This document shows positions 1 to 9,163 of a stretch of 64,000 nt of DNA, one piece after another. This DNA comes from Patescibacteria group bacterium (lineage in GTDB: Bacteria > Patescibacteriota > UBA1384 > JACPKC01). Both the position numbers and the translations under genes were made by a program. The notes beneath the pieces were generated by a model. It ran no database searches and was not told the DNA's origin. It saw only the letters and a list, made by a program, of their open reading frames with translations. The stretch's first letter is position 1; each line of letters opens with the position of its first letter. Location of the stretch: the NCBI GenBank assembly GCA_050944875.1, contig JBMNRW010000003.1, forward strand, positions 32,260 to 96,259, in the 5' to 3' direction.

Positions 1-1059
1 GTTGGCGGTCAGGTGCTGCCAGGTGGTGATGCCGTCGTTCTTGAGGAAACGCATCAGGCCAGCCGAGCCGATCATCGCGGCGTTGTCGGTGCAGTACGGG
101 AAAGCAGGGATGCGGAGTATTCCGCCGAACTGCTCGGTCGCCCGCCGCCGGAGCTCGTGGTTAGCGGAGACGCCACCGACGATGGCGACGGTTGCAGGGT
201 TGTACTGCTCAACCGCCCGAGCCAGCTTCTGGAGGAGGACGTCGACGATCGCGTCCTCGGTCTCGCGGGCGGCGGCGTTAATCTGCTCGGGGAGCGCGAT
301 ATCGCCGCGGTCGATCGCGTAGCGGACCGCGGTCTTTAGGCCCGAGAAGGAGAAACGGAGGTCGCCGGAGTCGTGCATCGGGCGGGGGAAAGTGATCCCG
401 AGCGCCTCGCCGGCCGCGCGGGCCTGGGCGGCCGCCTTCGAGAGCACTGGGCCGCCTGGGTAGCCGAGTCCTAGGAGGCGGGCGCACTTGTCGAACGCCT
501 CGCCGGCGGCGTCGTCGATCGTCGACCCCAAAACCTCGTAGCGGAAGTGGTCGCGCATGAGGATGAGGCTCGTATGTCCACCCGAGACGGTGAGGAAGAG
601 GACCGGGAGCTCGGGGAGCGTCGCGTCGCCCTCGGGCGGAGCGAGGAAGACGGAGTAGAGGTGTCCCTCCCAGTGGTTCACCGGGACGACGGGCTTGTCG
701 GCTAGGTTGGCGAGCTGGGCGGCGGCGTTGACGCCGATGAGGAGCGGGCCGATGAGCCCGGGACCGACGGTCGGGGTGATGGCGTCGATCTCGGCGAGCG
801 CTTGGCGGACCGGTTCGCCGCTCGCTTCGGGGTCGTCCAGGAGGCCGGCTTCGTGGAGGGCGAGGCCGATGACCGGCACGATCCGCTTCGTGTGCTCCCG
901 GGCGGCAAGGTCGGGGAAGACGCCGCCGAACTCGGCGTGCATGGCCGCCTGGCTCGCGACGACGTTCGAGCGCACCGCCGCAAGACCGGCGCCATCCCCC
1001 TCGATGACCGCGGCAGCGGTCTCGTCGCAGCTGGTCTCGATTGCAAGTACGCGTGGCAT
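1..1059 (-). CDS. tsaD: tRNA N6-adenosine threonylcarbamoyltransferase TsaD (3' end runs off window)
   Basis: Manual minus-strand translation from ATG 1059 gives MPRVLAIETSCDET near the start and YCTDNAAMIG near the window edge; no stop seen, so absent from the ORF track. Confidence 0.96.
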   Translation of the reverse strand, partial: MPRVLAIETSCDETAAAVIEGDGAGLAAVRSNVVASQAAMHAEFGGVFPDLAAREHTKRIVPVIGLALHEAGLLDDPEASGEPVRQALAEIDAITPTVGPGLIGPLLIGVNAAAQLANLADKPVVPVNHWEGHLYSVFLAPPEGDATLPELPVLFLTVSGGHTSLILMRDHFRYEVLGSTIDDAAGEAFDKCARLLGLGYPGGPVLSKAAAQARAAGEALGITFPRPMHDSGDLRFSFSGLKTAVRYAIDRGDIALPEQINAAARETEDAIVDVLLQKLARAVEQYNPATVAIVGGVSANHELRRRATEQFGGILRIPAFPYCTDNAAMIGSAGLMRFLKNDGITTWQHLTAN

Positions 1060-1108
1060 TAGAGGTGAGTGTACCGCATTCCTCGGTTCAGTGGTACGCT
1101 GAGCGGCA

Positions 1109-2026
1109 ATGGCGAGTTTCCTCCAGTCCAACGCGTGGGAACGGTTCCAGCGCGCTGCCGGTGCGACGACCCATCGGGTTGCTGGCGCGCTCCTCATCGA
1201 GCGCACGACCCCGCTCGGCCGCTACTGGTACTGCCCGCGCCCTTCGCTCGACGAACCGGCACTCCGCACAATCGAGGCCGCGGCGAAGGACGCTGGCGTT
1301 CTCTTCGTCCGCCTTGATCCAGAGACTCCCCTCCCCGCCCCTACCCTGCCGACGGCAGCGACGGCGCACACCGAACCCGGCGACTCACTCGTCCTCTCGC
1401 TCGCGCCCACCACTGACGAGCTCCTCTCGAGCTTCCATGAGAAGACGCGGTACAACATCCGCGTCGCGCTGCGCAACGAACTTGAAGTCGAGGAGTCGAG
1501 TGATCCTGACTCGCGCGCCTTGACCGCGTTCTTGCAGTTTGCCCAGAAGACCGGCGCCCGGCAGGGGTTCCGCTACCACGCCGATCACTACTACCGGACG
1601 ATGCTCGAGGTGCTCGGGCAGCCGAACGACGAAGGTATTACCGCTTCGGCGCTCGTCGCTCATCGAAACAACGACCAGGCCGCCGCGATGATCGTTGTCT
1701 GGACCCCGGAGATCGTCTACTACCTCCACGGCGCATCGTGGTACGAGCGCCGCCAGTGGATGGCGCCACACCTCCTTCAATGGACGGCGATCCAGCGGGC
1801 GAAGGAGCGCGGCGCTTCGGCCTACGACTTTTGGGGGATCGCCCCGATGAACCCCGACCAAACGCCCGTAGACCCCAACCACGCCTGGGCTGGCGTTACC
1901 CGGTTTAAGCTTGGCTTCGGGGGCGAGGTCGTCCACTACCCGGACGCCGTCGACCTCCTCGTGCGACCCGCTCAGTACCACGCGTACGGCGTCGCTCGTC
2001 GTCTCCGTCGCGCCCTCCCGTTCTGA
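1109..2026 (+). CDS. FemAB/FemX-family peptidoglycan bridge peptidyltransferase
   Basis: FLQS..WERF start, KTRYNIR, YYLHGAS, APHLLQW, YDFWGI, GVTRFKLGFGG. Confidence 0.9.
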   Translation: MASFLQSNAWERFQRAAGATTHRVAGALLIERTTPLGRYWYCPRPSLDEPALRTIEAAAKDAGVLFVRLDPETPLPAPTLPTAATAHTEPGDSLVLSLAPTTDELLSSFHEKTRYNIRVALRNELEVEESSDPDSRALTAFLQFAQKTGARQGFRYHADHYYRTMLEVLGQPNDEGITASALVAHRNNDQAAAMIVVWTPEIVYYLHGASWYERRQWMAPHLLQWTAIQRAKERGASAYDFWGIAPMNPDQTPVDPNHAWAGVTRFKLGFGGEVVHYPDAVDLLVRPAQYHAYGVARRLRRALPF

Positions 2027-2102
2027 GCGTTTTCGTCCACAGTCCGGCTCGCTTTTCGCGTACGCGGGCAGCGTGTACGATGAGTGAGATGCAGGAGTGT
2101 AG

Positions 2103-2681
2103 GTGAATTCGATGACGGCCTCAGTAATCACCGCGCAGGCAGAGTGGCACGCGCTGCCGGTATTCCGGCGGCTCATGCTTTACGGCGTCGGTGCAGTTAT
2201 GTCGGTCGGTATTCTCTTTTGGGGGCGTGTCGAAGCGTCGTCGGTTGCAGTCGCCAGCATTGACCATGGCGCCGCGCTCGCACAGCACGAACGGCTCGTT
2301 GCGTACGCAGTCAGCGCTGAGACGACGGCCCGCGACCTCGCAACAAAGGGGCTCGAGCAGATTGAGGGACAGCAGACCGAGCTCGGGGCGATCTTCCTGG
2401 AAGCAGCTGGCACGAAGGACCCGAAGTACCGGGATGCGAACGTCTACGCCGGCTACGCGGAGCTCGCGCTCGCGGACACCCTCTGGGATGTCGACCCGAC
2501 AACGGCCGAAGCCCGGACGAAGCGCGCGGTGCGGTTCCTCGAGGTCGCTCGCCAGGCCGATCCCATCCACGCGTACACCTTTGAACTCCTCGCGGTCGGG
2601 TACGAGAACCTTGGCCAGGCGACGTTGGCGGCTGACGCCCGCGTGAAGGCCGAGAAGTTCAAGGTTGCGAGCGAATCCTAA
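2103..2681 (+). CDS. Hypothetical single-pass membrane protein with TPR-like helical C-terminus (start uncertain)
   Basis: N-terminal hydrophobic segment; TPR-like repeats (DPKYRDANVYAGYA, DPIHAYTFELLAVGYENLG). Confidence 0.6.
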   Translation: MNSMTASVITAQAEWHALPVFRRLMLYGVGAVMSVGILFWGRVEASSVAVASIDHGAALAQHERLVAYAVSAETTARDLATKGLEQIEGQQTELGAIFLEAAGTKDPKYRDANVYAGYAELALADTLWDVDPTTAEARTKRAVRFLEVARQADPIHAYTFELLAVGYENLGQATLAADARVKAEKFKVASES

Positions 2682-2720
2682 CCTGTTTACTCCTGTTGGC
2701 TCCTCCGGTATGCTTGCGCT

Positions 2721-4916
2721 ATGACTGACTCGACCCGAGAGCTGCCGAAGCAGTACGCGCCTAGCGACCACGAGGCGAAGCTCTACGACGCCTGGGAGGC
2801 GGCCGGGGTCTTTAAGCCCAAAACGCCAGCGGACGGCGAGACGACGTTCTCGGTATTGATGCCGCTCCCGAACGCGAACGGCTCGCTGCACGTCGGCCAC
2901 GCCGTCGGGACGACGCTCCAGGATCTCATGACCCGCTACCACCGCATGCGCGGCGAGGCGGCGGTCTGGTTCCCAGGGCTCGACCATGCCGGCTTCGAGA
3001 CGCAGGTGGTCTTCGAGAAGTACCTCGAGAAGCAGGGCTCAAGCCGGTTCCAGATGGAGCGGCAAGCGTTCTACGACGCGACCCACGCCTTCGTCGAGGA
3101 ACACAAGGGGAATATCCTTCAGGGGTTCCGTCGCTTGGGTGCGTCGGCCGACTGGGACCGCCTGTTCTACACGCTCGATTCCGACATCGTTACCCAGGTG
3201 TACGACACGTTCGTTGCGCTGCACGAGGACGGGCTCGTCTACCGCGCTTCGCGTCCGGTTCACTGGTGCGTCAAGCACCAGACGACGCTCTCGGACCTCG
3301 AGACGAAGGACGACGAGCGCACCGAGCCCTTGTACTACCTGAAGTACGGCCCGCTCGTCGTAGCGACTGGCCGGCCGGAAACCATCTTCGCTGACGTTGC
3401 GGTCGCCGTGCATCCCGAGGACGAGCGCTACCAGCACCTCGTCGGCACGGAGATCGAAGTAGACTTCGGTATTGAGACCCGGGCAATCAAAGTCGTCGCT
3501 GACGAGATGGTCGACCCAGCTTTCGGGACGGGGGCGGTGAAGATTACGCCACAACACGACGCGAACGACTTCGCGGTAGCCGAGCGCCACGGCCTCCCGA
3601 TGGACCGGCTCGCAATCGATGCGTTCGGGAAGCTCACTGAGCTCGCCGGCGAGTTCCAGGGGCTCAAGGTTGACGAGGGTCGCAAAGCGGTTGCCGAGAA
3701 GCTCGCGAAGAAGGGGCTTATCGACCGAATTGACGAGGGGTACCGGCACGCGGTCAAGGTGTGCTACAAGTGCGCGCGCACAATCGAGCCGCGCGTCTTA
3801 CCGCAGTGGTTCGTCGCGATGACGAAGACCGGCGCGAAGACCGGGAAGAACCTCGCAGGAGACGCTATCAAGGCGGTCGAGGACGGCCGGACCAAGTTCG
3901 TCACCGAGCGCTTCCGGAAGACCTTCGACCACTGGATGGGCAACATCCGCGACTGGAACGTCTCGCGCCAGATCGTCTGGGGAATCCAGCTCCCGGTCTG
4001 GTACTGCGCGGCCGAGGGGAGCAGCTGCCCGCCGATCATCCAGAACCCACTCACGGCCGGCGAGCCAACTCACTGCCCGCACTGTCACGCCGAGGTAACA
4101 CGAGACACCGACGTCTTCGACACCTGGTTCTCGTCCGGGCAGACGCCGGTCGCTGTCACGCGGCGCGAACGCTTCGCAGGCGACGCTCAGCGCTTCTACC
4201 CGACTGCGGTCATGGAGACCGGCTGGGATATCATCTTCTTCTGGGTGGCGCGGATGCTCATGTTCGGGCTTTACCTCACTGACGAGGTGCCGTTCCGCGA
4301 CGTCTACCTCCACGGCATGGTCCGCGACGCCGACCGGAAGAAGATGAGCAAGTCAAAGGGGAACGTCATCGACCCGCTTGCCGTCATCGATGCGTACGGA
4401 ACGGACGCGTTGCGGATGGCGCTCGTCTTCGGCACGGCTGCTGGCAACGACATGCCGATGGGCGACGACAAGATTCGCGGCATGCGGAACTTCGCGAACA
4501 AGCTCTGGAACATTGCCCGGTTCGTCCAGCTCCAGCTCGGAGATGGAGTGATCGAGGAGCCGACGCCGACAACCGACGCTGACCGCGCTATCCTCGCAAA
4601 GCTCGACACTGCGGTGGCTGACGTAACGCGCCACATCGACGCGTACCGCTTCCACGAGGCTGCCCAGGCCGCGTACCAGTTCGTTTGGAGTGAGCTCGCC
4701 GATGTGTACGTTGAAGCCGCCAAAGGACAACTCGCTGACGAGGCGACGGCTGCCACGACCCGCGCCATCCTCCTTCACGCGCTCACAACGTCATTGAAGC
4801 TCCTTCATCCGATCATGCCGTTCGTCACCGAGGCGATCTGGCAGTCGCTCCCCGAATCTGTGAAAGATGCGCAGTTTATTGCGACCGCGAGCTGGCCGAA
4901 AGCGGAGGCGAAGTGA
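2721..4916 (+). CDS. valS: Valine--tRNA ligase (short form, no C-terminal coiled coil)
   Basis: PNANGSLHVGH (HIGH), DWNVSRQIVWG, DTWFSS, KMSKSKGN. Confidence 0.97.
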   Translation: MTDSTRELPKQYAPSDHEAKLYDAWEAAGVFKPKTPADGETTFSVLMPLPNANGSLHVGHAVGTTLQDLMTRYHRMRGEAAVWFPGLDHAGFETQVVFEKYLEKQGSSRFQMERQAFYDATHAFVEEHKGNILQGFRRLGASADWDRLFYTLDSDIVTQVYDTFVALHEDGLVYRASRPVHWCVKHQTTLSDLETKDDERTEPLYYLKYGPLVVATGRPETIFADVAVAVHPEDERYQHLVGTEIEVDFGIETRAIKVVADEMVDPAFGTGAVKITPQHDANDFAVAERHGLPMDRLAIDAFGKLTELAGEFQGLKVDEGRKAVAEKLAKKGLIDRIDEGYRHAVKVCYKCARTIEPRVLPQWFVAMTKTGAKTGKNLAGDAIKAVEDGRTKFVTERFRKTFDHWMGNIRDWNVSRQIVWGIQLPVWYCAAEGSSCPPIIQNPLTAGEPTHCPHCHAEVTRDTDVFDTWFSSGQTPVAVTRRERFAGDAQRFYPTAVMETGWDIIFFWVARMLMFGLYLTDEVPFRDVYLHGMVRDADRKKMSKSKGNVIDPLAVIDAYGTDALRMALVFGTAAGNDMPMGDDKIRGMRNFANKLWNIARFVQLQLGDGVIEEPTPTTDADRAILAKLDTAVADVTRHIDAYRFHEAAQAAYQFVWSELADVYVEAAKGQLADEATAATTRAILLHALTTSLKLLHPIMPFVTEAIWQSLPESVKDAQFIATASWPKAEAK

Positions 4917-5857
4917 GCGAAGTCCAGGAGATCGAGAAGACGCTCGTTCTTCTGGACGCGCACGCCTTAATCCATCGCTCGTACCACGCGATCCCGCGCC
5001 TGACGCACCGTGGCATGCAATTGAACGCCGTGTACGGGTTTGCGGCGACACTCCTCCACATCGTCCGCACGCTCGACCCCGAGTACCTCGCCGTCTGCTT
5101 TGACGAGAAGGGGCCGACGTTCCGCGACGCCGACTACGCTGAGTACAAGGCGCACCGGCCGCCGACACCCGATGAACTCAAGAGTCAGTTCCCGCTTTGT
5201 CGCCAGCTCGTCGATGAGTTCGGGATCCCCTTGTTTGCGCTCGCCGGCTACGAGGCGGACGACCTCATCGGCACGCTTGCCGAGCAGGCGAAAACGCTGG
5301 GGACGCCGACACTTATCGTGACCGGCGACCACGACTCGTACCAGCTCGTTGACGACTACGTGAAGATCTACAACGTGAGCCGTGGCATCCAGAAGGCGGA
5401 GATCGTCGACGCGGACAGTGTTCGGGCGCGCTACGGGTTCGGGCCCGAGCACATCGTCGACTATAAGGCGCTCCGCGGCGATACGAGCGATAATATCCCG
5501 GGCGTGCCGGGGATTGGCGAGGTGACGGCGAAGAAGTTGATCACCCAATTTGGTACGGTCGAGGCGCTCTACGAGGCGCTGGAAATCGACTTCGAGACGC
5601 CAGTTGCTGGTGTGCCGGAGAAGCTCCGGGTAAAGCTCTTAGAACATATGGACAAAGCGTTCCTCTCGAAGAAGCTCGCGACGATCGAGCGCCACGCGCC
5701 GATCAGCCTTGATCTCGCTGCCTGCCGCATCAAAGCGTACAACGAGGACGGCGCCCGCGCACTCTTCAAGGAGTGGAACTTCCGCTCGCTCGCGGTGAAG
5801 CTCCCAACCGCCGAACCCACCCTTATCGACGACAGCCAGCAGGCGATGTTCTCATGA
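4913..5857 (+). CDS. 5'-3' exonuclease (stand-alone N-terminal half of DNA Pol I)
   Basis: LLDAHALIHRSYHA, YKAHR, EADDLIGTL, GDTSDNIPGVPGIGEVTAKKL (HhH). Confidence 0.93.
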   Translation: MSEVQEIEKTLVLLDAHALIHRSYHAIPRLTHRGMQLNAVYGFAATLLHIVRTLDPEYLAVCFDEKGPTFRDADYAEYKAHRPPTPDELKSQFPLCRQLVDEFGIPLFALAGYEADDLIGTLAEQAKTLGTPTLIVTGDHDSYQLVDDYVKIYNVSRGIQKAEIVDADSVRARYGFGPEHIVDYKALRGDTSDNIPGVPGIGEVTAKKLITQFGTVEALYEALEIDFETPVAGVPEKLRVKLLEHMDKAFLSKKLATIERHAPISLDLAACRIKAYNEDGARALFKEWNFRSLAVKLPTAEPTLIDDSQQAMFS

Positions 5858-6435
5858 AGCAATATGTATTCATCACTGGTGTCGCTGGATCTGGAAAGTC
5901 AACCGTAAGCAAGGTACTGCGCGCCCGCGGGTACGCGGCGTACGATATTGAGCAGATTGACGGTCTGTTCGCCATGTACAACACCCAGACGGGCGAACGC
6001 ATTATCGCGCACGACAACGACAGTATTGAAGGCGTGCAGCAGGCGTCGTGGAATTGTGACCTTGAGAAGCTTCAGGAGCTCATGGCGCGAGAGGAGCATG
6101 ACATTTCATTCTACTGTGGGACGGCGACGAACTGGCAGCAACTCCTCCCGCTCTTCACAAAAACAATCCTACTGGTTGTCAGTGAAGACGTGACACGTGA
6201 ACGCCTGACAACAAGGACAACGGGTGAGTTTGGGCGGACAGCAGAAGTCCAGGACTGGGTGCTGAGCTGGAAAGCGTGGTGGGAGCGTGAGATGGAACAG
6301 GCTGGTGCAGAAGTTGTTTGTACTGATCAGCCACTCGAGCAAGTGGTTGCTGAGATTCTTTCCCGATCAGAATTCCCAGAAGGACGAGAAGCACGTCGCG
6401 AGCAATTCGGCGAACACAATTCGCCGCTAAGCTAG
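5854..6435 (+). CDS. P-loop nucleotide kinase-like / AAA family protein
   Basis: ATG 5854 overlaps upstream TGA (ATGA); FITGVAGSGKST Walker A; ERLTTR lid-like motif; visibly lower GC than flanks. Confidence 0.8.
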   Translation: MKQYVFITGVAGSGKSTVSKVLRARGYAAYDIEQIDGLFAMYNTQTGERIIAHDNDSIEGVQQASWNCDLEKLQELMAREEHDISFYCGTATNWQQLLPLFTKTILLVVSEDVTRERLTTRTTGEFGRTAEVQDWVLSWKAWWEREMEQAGAEVVCTDQPLEQVVAEILSRSEFPEGREARREQFGEHNSPLS

Positions 6436-6443
6436 GTGTTAAC

Positions 6444-7643
6444 ATGGCATTCCCCTCAATTGAAGAGCTTGACACCCAGCTCGCGCCGGTTCTCCGGAGG
6501 ATGGAGGCGCGCGGCATCTGCCTCGACGTCGCGTACCTCGAGACACTGGCCGGTGAGCTCAAGGCGGAGATCGACACGCTCCAGGCGTCGATCTGGCGGG
6601 AGGCCGGCCACGAGTTCACGATTGATTCGCCCCGACAGCTCGCTGCGGTCATCTACGACGAGCTCGGTCTCGCGCCCGAAGTCATGTTCATCCGGAAGAA
6701 CAAGTCCGGCAAGTCAACAGCAGCGAGCGAGCTGTCCAAACTGGTGGACACGCACCCGATCATCCAGCTTGTCCTCGACTACCGTGAGAAGACGAAGCTC
6801 CTCAGAACCTACGTTGAGCCGCTCCCGAAGCTCGTCGGCGAGGACGGCCGCGTCCACACGACGTACCGCACCGACACCGCCTCCGGCCGCCTCTCGAGCA
6901 AGGATCCCAATCTCCAGAACATCCCGGTCCGCACGGAGGAGGGGAAGAAGATCCGCCGCGCCTTCGTCGCCGCGCCCGGGACGGAGCTCCTCGCCGTCGA
7001 CTACTCACAGATCGAGCTTCGGATCGCGGCGCACCTCTCTGGTGATGCGAACCTCATCGCTGCGTTCCAGGACGGTGACGACATCCACGCGGCGACCGCC
7101 GAGCAGATGGGCGTCGACCGCCGGGTCGCCAAGGCGATCAACTTCGGCGTGCTCTTCGGTCAGGGCGCGTTCGGCTTGTCGGAGGCGCTCCACGTCACAC
7201 AGGAAGAGGCGCGCGCGTTCATCGACCAGTACTTCGCAACGTACAGCCGCCTCCACGCGTGGATTAGCGAGGCGCAGGGGCTCGCGCGCGAGCGCGGGTA
7301 TGCCGAGACCATGCTCGGCCGCAAACGCTTCTTAGGCGAGCTTAGGGGCCGAAACGCGGCCTTGCGCGCGTTCGCCGAGCGCGTCGCCGTCAACCACCCG
7401 ATCCAGGGGACCGAAGCCGAGATCATCTCGCTCGCCATGCTCGAATTAGATGAGAAGCTTTCTGATGACGAGGCGCGGATGCTCCTCCAGGTCCACGACG
7501 AGCTCATTTTCGAGGTCCCGGCTGGCACGGCGGCGGCAATCGCGCCGGAGATTCAGCAGATCATGACCGACGCCGTCGCACTCGATGTGCCGGTGGTCAC
7601 GGAAGCGAAATTTGGCCCAAACTGGGCGGAGCTCAAACATTGA
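6444..7643 (+). CDS. polA: DNA polymerase I, family A polymerase domain only
   Basis: SGRLSSKDPNLQNIP, motif A DYSQIELR, motif B RRVAKAINFG, motif C QVHDELIFE. Confidence 0.95.
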   Translation: MAFPSIEELDTQLAPVLRRMEARGICLDVAYLETLAGELKAEIDTLQASIWREAGHEFTIDSPRQLAAVIYDELGLAPEVMFIRKNKSGKSTAASELSKLVDTHPIIQLVLDYREKTKLLRTYVEPLPKLVGEDGRVHTTYRTDTASGRLSSKDPNLQNIPVRTEEGKKIRRAFVAAPGTELLAVDYSQIELRIAAHLSGDANLIAAFQDGDDIHAATAEQMGVDRRVAKAINFGVLFGQGAFGLSEALHVTQEEARAFIDQYFATYSRLHAWISEAQGLARERGYAETMLGRKRFLGELRGRNAALRAFAERVAVNHPIQGTEAEIISLAMLELDEKLSDDEARMLLQVHDELIFEVPAGTAAAIAPEIQQIMTDAVALDVPVVTEAKFGPNWAELKH

Positions 7644-7675
7644 GCGTCTAGTCCGGAAGTAACCAAAGATTAGTC

Positions 7676-7706
7676 ACTGGAATATTCCAGTTCTTTCTGG
7701 TACTGT
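7676..7706 (+). promoter_or_regulatory. Perfect 16-bp palindrome over the -35 region plus extended -10 (TGGTACTGT)
   Basis: ACTGGAATATTCCAGT at 7676-7691; TACTGT at 7701-7706. Confidence 0.5.
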
Positions 7707-7755
7707 GCGCGCACAACTCACAGAGTTGATCTTTTACAGAAGGGTGGTGAGGAGG

Positions 7756-8100
7756 ATGAGGCATCGATTTGGAGATGTCTACGAGCAAATCTCAGACGAG
7801 AAGCTGCTTGAGTGGTATGTCGGCGCTGGTCAACGACTGCTCCGGCGACTGAACGGTGGCGAAGACTTGACCCTAGCGATCGTCGAGGAGCTCGATGGAC
7901 ATCTCAAGAGCCTTGAAATCTTTGAAGAGGTGTATTCCCGACGTGGATTCAAGCCGCTCGCAATTCAGGAGTTCTCGCTCGAGGGATGGGAGCTCAGTGA
8001 GCGGCTCAAGCAGCGTCGCGCTCACGGCGAACTAGCACAGCTGGTCGCCGCGAACACCAACCTGGCGGAGCTCATCGCAAGCCGCCAGAAGTCTGCCTAA
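7756..8100 (+). CDS. Hypothetical protein (ORFan, ~114 aa, helical)
   Basis: SD-like GAGGAGG directly upstream of ATG 7756 (start uncertain); own promoter and terminator. Confidence 0.6.
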   Translation: MRHRFGDVYEQISDEKLLEWYVGAGQRLLRRLNGGEDLTLAIVEELDGHLKSLEIFEEVYSRRGFKPLAIQEFSLEGWELSERLKQRRAHGELAQLVAANTNLAELIASRQKSA

Positions 8101-8106
8101 CCCCTG

Positions 8107-8141
8107 CCCCGCCGGCGCCACAAGCGTCCGGCGGGGTTTTT
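8107..8141 (+). terminator. Intrinsic terminator
   Basis: CCCCGCCGG/CCGGCGGGG stem followed by TTTTT. Confidence 0.8.
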
Positions 8142-8143
8142 CG

Positions 8144-9061
8144 TTACAGGACGAGGATCTCTTCCTCGAGCGCGACGCCGGCTTGGCGTTGCACTTCGTG
8201 CTTCACGTGCTCGATGACGGCGCGAACGTCGGCCGCGGTCGCGTGGCCGAGGTTCACCACGTAGTTCGCATGCTTCTCGGATACCTGAGCATCACCGACA
8301 CGGTAGCCTTTAAGGCCGAGCGCACAGATGATGACGGCGACCGGGAGGACGGGGAACGGGTCGTTTTTCACCTTGTGCTCCCAGGTCTTGAGGAACTCGG
8401 CTGGTACCTGCTCGACCGGAACGTTCTTGAACGTCGAGCCCGCGTTCCCGTACTCCATGGGGTGGCGTTCGCGCCGAAACGCCCGGTGGCTCTCGGCGAT
8501 CGCCATGAGCTCAGCCCGGTCGCCGGGCTTGAGTGCGAACGAGGCCTCGACGATGACGTCTCGGTTGTGCTTGAACGCGCTCTCGCGGTATCCGAACCGG
8601 CAGTCGTCACGGGTGTATTCTTTGAGTTCGCCGTCCGGCGTTACGGCGAGCGCGCGCGTGAGCGTATCCTTTATCTCCCCGCCGAACGCGCCGGCGTTCC
8701 CGCGGACCGCGCCGCCGACTGACCCCGGCAACCCGCCCGCCCACTCGAGGCCTTGGAGGTCGTGCGCGATCGCCATCTCGACGAGCTCGTGCATCGTTGC
8801 GCCGGCGCCGGCCGTCGCTGTGGCATTATGGATGGTTATCCCTCCGACTTCGATCCGGAGGACGAATTTGTCGATTCCCTCGTCCGGGACGAGCATGTTC
8901 GTCCCGCCGGCGAGGACGAGGAGCTCGGCGTTGCGCTCGCGGGCGGCCTGGATACCGTCGCGAACCTCGTCGACGGACTGCGCTTCGGCGAAGTAGCGGG
9001 CTGGCCCGCCAATCTTGTAGTTCGTGTAGCTCGCGAGAGGGGTATGTTCTTGGATCGTCAT
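8144..9061 (-). CDS. murB: UDP-N-acetylmuramate dehydrogenase
   Basis: YKIGGPARYF, GGTNML, GLPGSVGGAVRGNAGAFG, FGYRES, GSTFKN, KHANY; start reassigned to ATG 9061 (MTIQEH). Confidence 0.95.
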   Translation of the reverse strand: MTIQEHTPLASYTNYKIGGPARYFAEAQSVDEVRDGIQAARERNAELLVLAGGTNMLVPDEGIDKFVLRIEVGGITIHNATATAGAGATMHELVEMAIAHDLQGLEWAGGLPGSVGGAVRGNAGAFGGEIKDTLTRALAVTPDGELKEYTRDDCRFGYRESAFKHNRDVIVEASFALKPGDRAELMAIAESHRAFRRERHPMEYGNAGSTFKNVPVEQVPAEFLKTWEHKVKNDPFPVLPVAVIICALGLKGYRVGDAQVSEKHANYVVNLGHATAADVRAVIEHVKHEVQRQAGVALEEEILVL

Positions 9062-9091
9062 GTCCGAAGCATAGCAAGCTGGCCTCACTCC

Positions 9092-9120
9092 TTGCCAACT
9101 GTCGGTCCTTCCGCTACACT
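9092..9120 (+). promoter_or_regulatory. sigma70-type promoter
   Basis: TTGCCA-17 nt-TACACT. Confidence 0.65.
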
Positions 9121-9163
9121 GCCGCCGCACCTTTAGGTGACGCAGGCGGAGGAGGGAACATGT

